From Candidatus Enterousia sp. (GTDB taxonomy: Bacteria; Pseudomonadota; Alphaproteobacteria; Rs-D84): a stretch of 64,000 bases of DNA. Below the pieces are notes generated by a model that saw nothing but the letters and a program-made list of their open reading frames with translations, searched no databases and was not told the DNA's origin. Position numbers and translations under genes: made by a program. Below, one piece after another: positions 58,987 to 64,000 of this stretch (its first letter is position 1; every line of letters starts with the position of its first letter). Where the stretch lies: NCBI GenBank assembly GCA_045646605.1, contig JAZRLA010000015.1, forward strand, positions 137,054-201,053, written 5' to 3'.

Positions 58987-59532
58987 TTATTTAAAACTGA
59001 CGCGCGGGTTTGCCCGTTCGGATTCATCAATTTCAAATAACTTTTCATGTGAAAAACCAAACATGCGTGCAACGATACTGCTTGGGAATTGGTCGATTTG
59101 CGTGTTAAGTCCCATGACCACCGTATTATAGAATTGTCGCGCAGATTGAATTTTCGTTTCCGTATCGGTCAATTCACGTTGCAATTCTAAAAAGTTTTCG
59201 TTCGCACGCAGGGCAGGGTACGCCTCGCCCAATGCGAATAATTTGTTCAATGCACCCGATAAACCGTGCTCTGCCGTTGATTTATCGTCAACACCACGTG
59301 CAGACATCGCCGCATTTCGTGCCGCAATAACCGCACCAAGCGTTTCCTTTTCATGTGCCGCCGCGCCACGCACGGTTTCAACCAAGTTTGGAATTAAATC
59401 ATACCGCCGTTTAAGTTGTGTATCAATCGTCGCCCATGCCTCACGTACCTGATTCCGTCGCGCGGCCAGGCCATTATACACCGCAATAAAATACAAAACC
59501 AAAACCGCAACAATACCAATCGCCGTCCACAT
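58987..59532 (-). CDS. lemA: LemA family protein
   Basis: N-terminal TM helix and LemA-like sequence throughout. Confidence 0.75.
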   Translation of the reverse strand: MWTAIGIVAVLVLYFIAVYNGLAARRNQVREAWATIDTQLKRRYDLIPNLVETVRGAAAHEKETLGAVIAARNAAMSARGVDDKSTAEHGLSGALNKLFALGEAYPALRANENFLELQRELTDTETKIQSARQFYNTVVMGLNTQIDQFPSSIVARMFGFSHEKLFEIDESERANPRVSFK

Positions 59533-59652
59533 AAAAAACTCCTTTTGTTGATGTATAAATTATACCGAAAAATAGCAAAAAAATCAACCACGATAAACAA
59601 ATTATCACTAACACTTACACCAAAAAGTCCTGCACTTGCAGGACTTTTTTTT

Positions 59653-59985
59653 CTATTTTTTCCAGAAAGCAAACCCAGAATGTTTTTCTTCTTTTTTACT
59701 TTCTTCGCGCGCGCGCCGTCTTTCGGCACGCCGTTCTTGAAATCGTTTGGCTGATTCTTCGTCGCGTTGAACAAGTTTTAATGTTGTGACCGACAATTTG
59801 CCATTACGAACTTCCTCATCAAATTCGACGATATCGCCTTCGTTCAAATATCGCAAATCCGCATTTTTTAATGAACTTGAATGAACAAATACATCATCCG
59901 TGTTGCCATCCGCATTCGGTGTATCCGGCGCAATAAAGCCGTAACACTTTTTGCCATTGTACCATTTTACTTTACCTTGGCGCAT
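59653..59985 (-). CDS. cold-shock domain protein with basic C-terminal extension
   Basis: 'GKVKWYNGKKCYGFIAPD' RNP1-like CSD motif. Confidence 0.7.
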   Translation of the reverse strand: MRQGKVKWYNGKKCYGFIAPDTPNADGNTDDVFVHSSSLKNADLRYLNEGDIVEFDEEVRNGKLSVTTLKLVQRDEESAKRFQERRAERRRAREESKKEEKHSGFAFWKK

Positions 59986-60109
59986 CTTTTTTTCCTTTAC
60001 TACCTTGTTGATGATTTAACCGATCGATTAAATCTGATTTAATCTTGTCATAACGAAAAAGTAAAATCAAGAAAATAACGCACGTGCCAAAAAGGACATT
60101 TGTCCCGGC

Positions 60110-61516
60110 CTATATATTGCGTTCGGAATTATAGTATCGTGAAACTTCATGCATAACAAAATTGAACAATCGTACCGCAAGTGTATCACCCGAAACTTTG
60201 CAACCCACGTGCGTATACGGCATCGCCGAAACCAAAACAAACCGCGCCATAAAACGGAAAATTGCGATTTCCTGTGCCTTGTCCAATTTTGATGAAGAAT
60301 TTGTCACAACAAAAATTTCATTTTTAACCGCGGCATCCAATTTATTCATAATTTTTTCAACAATTGAATGCGGATAATAAAGTTTACATTCACGCGGAAA
60401 ACCTTCAAACAGTGAAACATCATTACCACGACTGTATAAAATATTCCAACCAACGCGTTCAAGTAAATCGTCCAAACACCTACATATCATCTTATTATAT
60501 TGCTCGATACCGTTTTCCATCATTTCGGCGGCTTCGGCTTCGATTTTTGCATTTGTCGCATTTGGATTTTGACGCAATGCCGCATAGTAATCATGTGTCC
60601 GGCGTTCAAATTCAAAAAACGTTCGAACCTGGCATATAATTTCCATTGGGATAACTTTATCCGCCGTGCCGATGTTCAAAATTACCTTGGAATCACGATA
60701 GTTGCGCGGATTCGTAATATCATAAAATTTATCACGCACCGATATAACGCGTTCCGGCATCATATCGCGCAGACGCTCAATAAAAGTTCGTGCCTGAGGA
60801 ACCAAATCAAACAAACATTTTACGCGCCACACATCGTTCAGGTGCAAATAAGGTTTCTTGATCTTATCCAATTCACGCACAAGTTTCACAACCAAACCAT
60901 CTTCACTTTGCCCCATGATGGATAAAACTTCTTCGGCGGCATTGGTTACATAATGGTCCGCAAAACCTTTGCGAATTTTTTCTTCCATTTTTTTAATCTG
61001 TTTTTCGCGTCCTGTTTCTGTGAACACGCGCGTAACCGCCGATATAACATCATTGATAAAGAACTGATAGTATTTCCCGGTCACTTTTTCCAACGCGCGT
61101 TCAACATTTTTCTGGGCGGCAACAATTACCGTCACAATCGATGATACCGACAAATCGATTTTGTGTGATGCACGACACGTAAAAAACTGATTTCGCATTG
61201 GGTCCGCGTCCAAACGATGATTGACCAAGTATGAACAAAGCGGATTTATATCAACAATTTTTATTGGCTTGTCCACCGACAAATCCGTCACAGGGTCATA
61301 TTCCGTAACCGCTGTTTTCGGCGCGCCAAAGCATTTACCCAAAACATGAAACACATCGCGATAGCAATCCATGCCGTCGGCATAAAGCCGCCGCAAATAC
61401 TGCGCCGTTTCATCGTCTATGCGTCCCGTATCATACGCATTATCAATAAACGCGATGTTATGCCGGTCACGATCGGCGGTAAGAATATCAGCATCTGGGA
61501 CGGTTGTTTTTACCAT
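60110..61516 (-). CDS. hypothetical protein (468 aa)
   Basis: Long ORF with coding-like composition. No family assigned. Confidence 0.4.
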   Translation of the reverse strand: MVKTTVPDADILTADRDRHNIAFIDNAYDTGRIDDETAQYLRRLYADGMDCYRDVFHVLGKCFGAPKTAVTEYDPVTDLSVDKPIKIVDINPLCSYLVNHRLDADPMRNQFFTCRASHKIDLSVSSIVTVIVAAQKNVERALEKVTGKYYQFFINDVISAVTRVFTETGREKQIKKMEEKIRKGFADHYVTNAAEEVLSIMGQSEDGLVVKLVRELDKIKKPYLHLNDVWRVKCLFDLVPQARTFIERLRDMMPERVISVRDKFYDITNPRNYRDSKVILNIGTADKVIPMEIICQVRTFFEFERRTHDYYAALRQNPNATNAKIEAEAAEMMENGIEQYNKMICRCLDDLLERVGWNILYSRGNDVSLFEGFPRECKLYYPHSIVEKIMNKLDAAVKNEIFVVTNSSSKLDKAQEIAIFRFMARFVLVSAMPYTHVGCKVSGDTLAVRLFNFVMHEVSRYYNSERNI

Positions 61517-61527
61517 GCATTCATCCG

Positions 61528-62994
61528 TTACTTCATAATTGGAAATAAAATTACGTCACGTGCGGTCGGTTGATCAAATACGATCATGGCAAGTCTGTCA
61601 ATACCCATGCCCACACCGGAAATCGGCGGGAACCCATGTTCCATCGCGCGTACAAAGTCATTGTCCGGATTAAACGCTTCTTCTTCACCGCCTTCGATAT
61701 TTTTGGCTTGGTCTTCGAACGCTTTGGCCTGTTGAATCGGATTTACCAATTCGGAATAACCCTTGCACAGTTCGCCCCCCGCCACCAACAATTGATACAT
61801 ATCAAGCCGCCGGTCATCTTCATCATTATGCCGCGCAAGTGGTACCATGTATGTTGGATAGTTATAAAGGAACGTCGGTTGGACAATCTGATTCCGGATT
61901 TTCCGCTTGTACACATAATCAACCAACGTTGCAAGTGATTTTAAATCTTCCAATTCAGACATCGGGAACATACCCATATCAACCAATTTTTGCCGCAATA
62001 CATCGACATCATCAAAATCCAAAATATTGCATCCAAAAAGTTCGTTCATTCTTGCGGTATAATCCATCATGTCATACTTACTGAAATCAAGTTTGGTTCC
62101 TTGAAATTCAATCTGTAACGTTCCGCGTGCACGCTTTATCAGTTCTTGGACCATTTGCCACGTGAATTCAATATTGCGCCGATAATCCCAATACGCCGCA
62201 TACCATTCAATCATGGTGAATTCTTGCAGGTGCATCGCATCCATACCTTCGTTGCGGAAATCCTTGGCTACTTCATAGACGCGGTCAAACCCGGCACCAA
62301 TCGCCATCTTTAAAAACAACTCTGGTGAAATGCGCAACTGGAAATCCGCATCTAATGCATTGTGATGCGTAACAAATGGCCGCGCCGCTGCACCCGATGC
62401 GATGTTTTGCATAATCGGCGTGTCAATTTCCAAGAAACCATGGCTGTTCATAAATTCGCGCAAATGCTGGGTCATTTTGAATCGCCCAAGCAATGCATTG
62501 CGTGATTCCGGATTCGATACAATATCCAAATAACGCTGACGATAACGCGTTTCCATATCGGTAAGGCCATGGAACTTTTCCGGTAACGGCCGCAATGCCT
62601 TGGCCAGAATTTCGTAATTTGCCACGCGTACGGTCAATTCGCCCGCGGTCGTATGATAAAGTTTCCCACTTATTCCGATAAAGTCACCCAAATCAACATT
62701 TGCCTTCATGAATTTATAGTTTTCTTCGCCCAATTCTTCGCGGGACATAGAAAACTGAATTTCGCCATTTATATCATAAATGCGCCCGAACATAAGCTTT
62801 CCCATCCAACGCAACGCCGTCACGCGCCCGCAAAGACGAACATCTGTGTCGTCAGGTAATTCACGCGCATCGGCAATTGTGTGCGTGCGATCAAATTTAT
62901 CCTTCCACACAACACCATCGCGTGCGCGAATGTTTTCCGCCTTTTGCAGGCGTGCGGTTAATTCGTTTGTGGACATTGTTTCATTTTCTGACAT
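61528..62994 (-). CDS. lysS: lysine--tRNA ligase (class II)
   Basis: Anticodon-binding OB fold followed by class II motifs ('FRNEGMDAMH', 'GGELCKGYSE', 'GMGIDRL'). Confidence 0.85.
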   Translation of the reverse strand: MSENETMSTNELTARLQKAENIRARDGVVWKDKFDRTHTIADARELPDDTDVRLCGRVTALRWMGKLMFGRIYDINGEIQFSMSREELGEENYKFMKANVDLGDFIGISGKLYHTTAGELTVRVANYEILAKALRPLPEKFHGLTDMETRYRQRYLDIVSNPESRNALLGRFKMTQHLREFMNSHGFLEIDTPIMQNIASGAAARPFVTHHNALDADFQLRISPELFLKMAIGAGFDRVYEVAKDFRNEGMDAMHLQEFTMIEWYAAYWDYRRNIEFTWQMVQELIKRARGTLQIEFQGTKLDFSKYDMMDYTARMNELFGCNILDFDDVDVLRQKLVDMGMFPMSELEDLKSLATLVDYVYKRKIRNQIVQPTFLYNYPTYMVPLARHNDEDDRRLDMYQLLVAGGELCKGYSELVNPIQQAKAFEDQAKNIEGGEEEAFNPDNDFVRAMEHGFPPISGVGMGIDRLAMIVFDQPTARDVILFPIMK

Positions 62995-63170
62995 AACGTT
63001 TCCTTTTTTTTGTTAAAAAGAACGGGGCACCACAAAGGTGCGCCCGTAAATTACTTTATGGTCGCACCATTATAACAAAAATTTTTTGCAAATCGTACGC
63101 ATTTCGCCCACCATTATGCACGGTCTTTTTCCAAATGTAAAGTATTTTTTATCGGCCCAGAAAAAAATCA

Positions 63171-63422
63171 TTGATTATGCGAAAACTTGCCCTTATAATC
63201 CCCCGCAAACGAAAGGAAGTACAAATGCCATACGAAATATCAAAAATTAAATGGTTTCCGCAAATTGGGTATTTCAAAGTTATAATAAAGACCGGCGATA
63301 CCCCGGTCAACGAACAGATTGTGTTATCAAAAAAACGCGTGGCACTTGAAAATTATGTCGCCGAATTCATCGCAGATCGTCGGCAAAACGAAAAAATATA
63401 TGCCCGCGCACACGGTCAGTAA
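63171..63422 (+). CDS. hypothetical small protein
   Basis: 83-aa ORF, no recognisable motifs. Confidence 0.25.
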   Translation: MIMRKLALIIPRKRKEVQMPYEISKIKWFPQIGYFKVIIKTGDTPVNEQIVLSKKRVALENYVAEFIADRRQNEKIYARAHGQ

Positions 63423-63486
63423 CCACCCAACACTTTTCTATTGACTTTTCATACAAAAGTGCATAAAATATGCACACTTGAGTTTT

Positions 63487-63563
63487 GGGGTTGTAGCTCA
63501 GTTGATTAGAGCGCCTGATTTGCATTCAGGAGGTCGTGGGTTTGAGTCCCATCAGCTCCACCA
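63487..63563 (+). tRNA. tRNA-Ala (TGC)
   Basis: Cloverleaf with anticodon loop TTTGCAT, G3:U70 pair, CCA encoded. Confidence 0.9.
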
Positions 63564-63776
63564 CCGATTTTTGTTATCGCGCGCACATCGGGCCCCGCGA
63601 AATTTGAAAAATTTTGTGGGTGATACGGGCGCACGATTAAAAAAATCGAGTGCCGCGCCGTCATCCCGCGCTTGATGCGGGATCTCGTGGTTTCAACTGT
63701 GACGCGGGGATACCGCCCTTCGGCGGTATGACGGTGGCAACAAACATCAAACATCGCCAAAGGGGGTGAATAGTTT

Positions 63777-63983
63777 ATGGTAAAAGTTTTGGTTCGTGAT
63801 AACAACGTCGAACAGGCTTTGCGTGTCGCAAAACGCAAATCGCAAAAAGAAGGACTGTATCGCGAAAGCAAGGAACGTCAACGTTACGAAAAACCGACGA
63901 CAAAGCGCAAACGTCTGCGTGAAGAGGCCGTGCGTAACGAAAAGAAACGGCAATCAAAACAACGCATGGTCTTTGGATTCTAA
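63777..63983 (+). CDS. rpsU: 30S ribosomal protein S21
   Basis: '[21 protein letters not shown]...[10 protein letters not shown]' is classic S21. Confidence 0.8.
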   Translation: MVKVLVRDNNVEQALRVAKRKSQKEGLYRESKERQRYEKPTTKRKRLREEAVRNEKKRQSKQRMVFGF

Positions 63984-64000
63984 GTGTTGTTTAATTCCAA

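Noticed and set aside
62995-63170. Lysine riboswitch or T-box upstream of lysS (hairpin GGGCACCACAAAGGTGCGCCC)
   Set aside because: The region is too short and lacks L-box or T-box conserved cores. It is probably just a terminator or UTR hairpin shared with the divergent small ORF.

Overview
This 64-kb window comes from a diderm (Gram-negative) bacterium with roughly 40-45% GC. Housekeeping order looks proteobacterial: frr-uppS-cdsA-rseP-bamA (no dxr), lepB-rnc, secG, trpS, htpX, bamD, murJ, rlpA, era-queA-tgt, alaS, hup, RNase J, lemA, lysS and rpsU, plus four tRNA genes. Accessory and selfish DNA is threaded through it. (1) A phage/GTA-like terminase large-subunit gene appears split by about 3.4 kb that carries an opposite-strand hypothetical ORF, a dual-HTH CI/LexA-like repressor and a DnaB helicase, and a portal gene follows. 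(2) Three of the four tRNA genes have copies of their own 3' ends downstream; the clearest case is a roughly 2.9-kb integrase-less islet at tRNA-Gly carrying a RhuM/Fic-Doc gene. (3) Two families of palindromic repeats recur, an intergenic 'A' element and a GC-rich double-hairpin 'B' element. (4) The most striking locus is queA (643 aa instead of about 340). It carries two in-frame ~445-bp insertions, each a DUF559/Vsr-like endonuclease domain flanked by inverted B elements. (5) The rest includes a 1699-aa membrane protein with duplicated C-terminal domains and coding tandem repeats, an archaeal-type AspRS behind a T-box-like leader, a possible VirB7/VirB8-like envelope cluster, and several secreted Cys-rich or HAD-like candidate effectors. 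Coordinates for RNAs and repeats were counted by hand and may be off by 1-2 nt.
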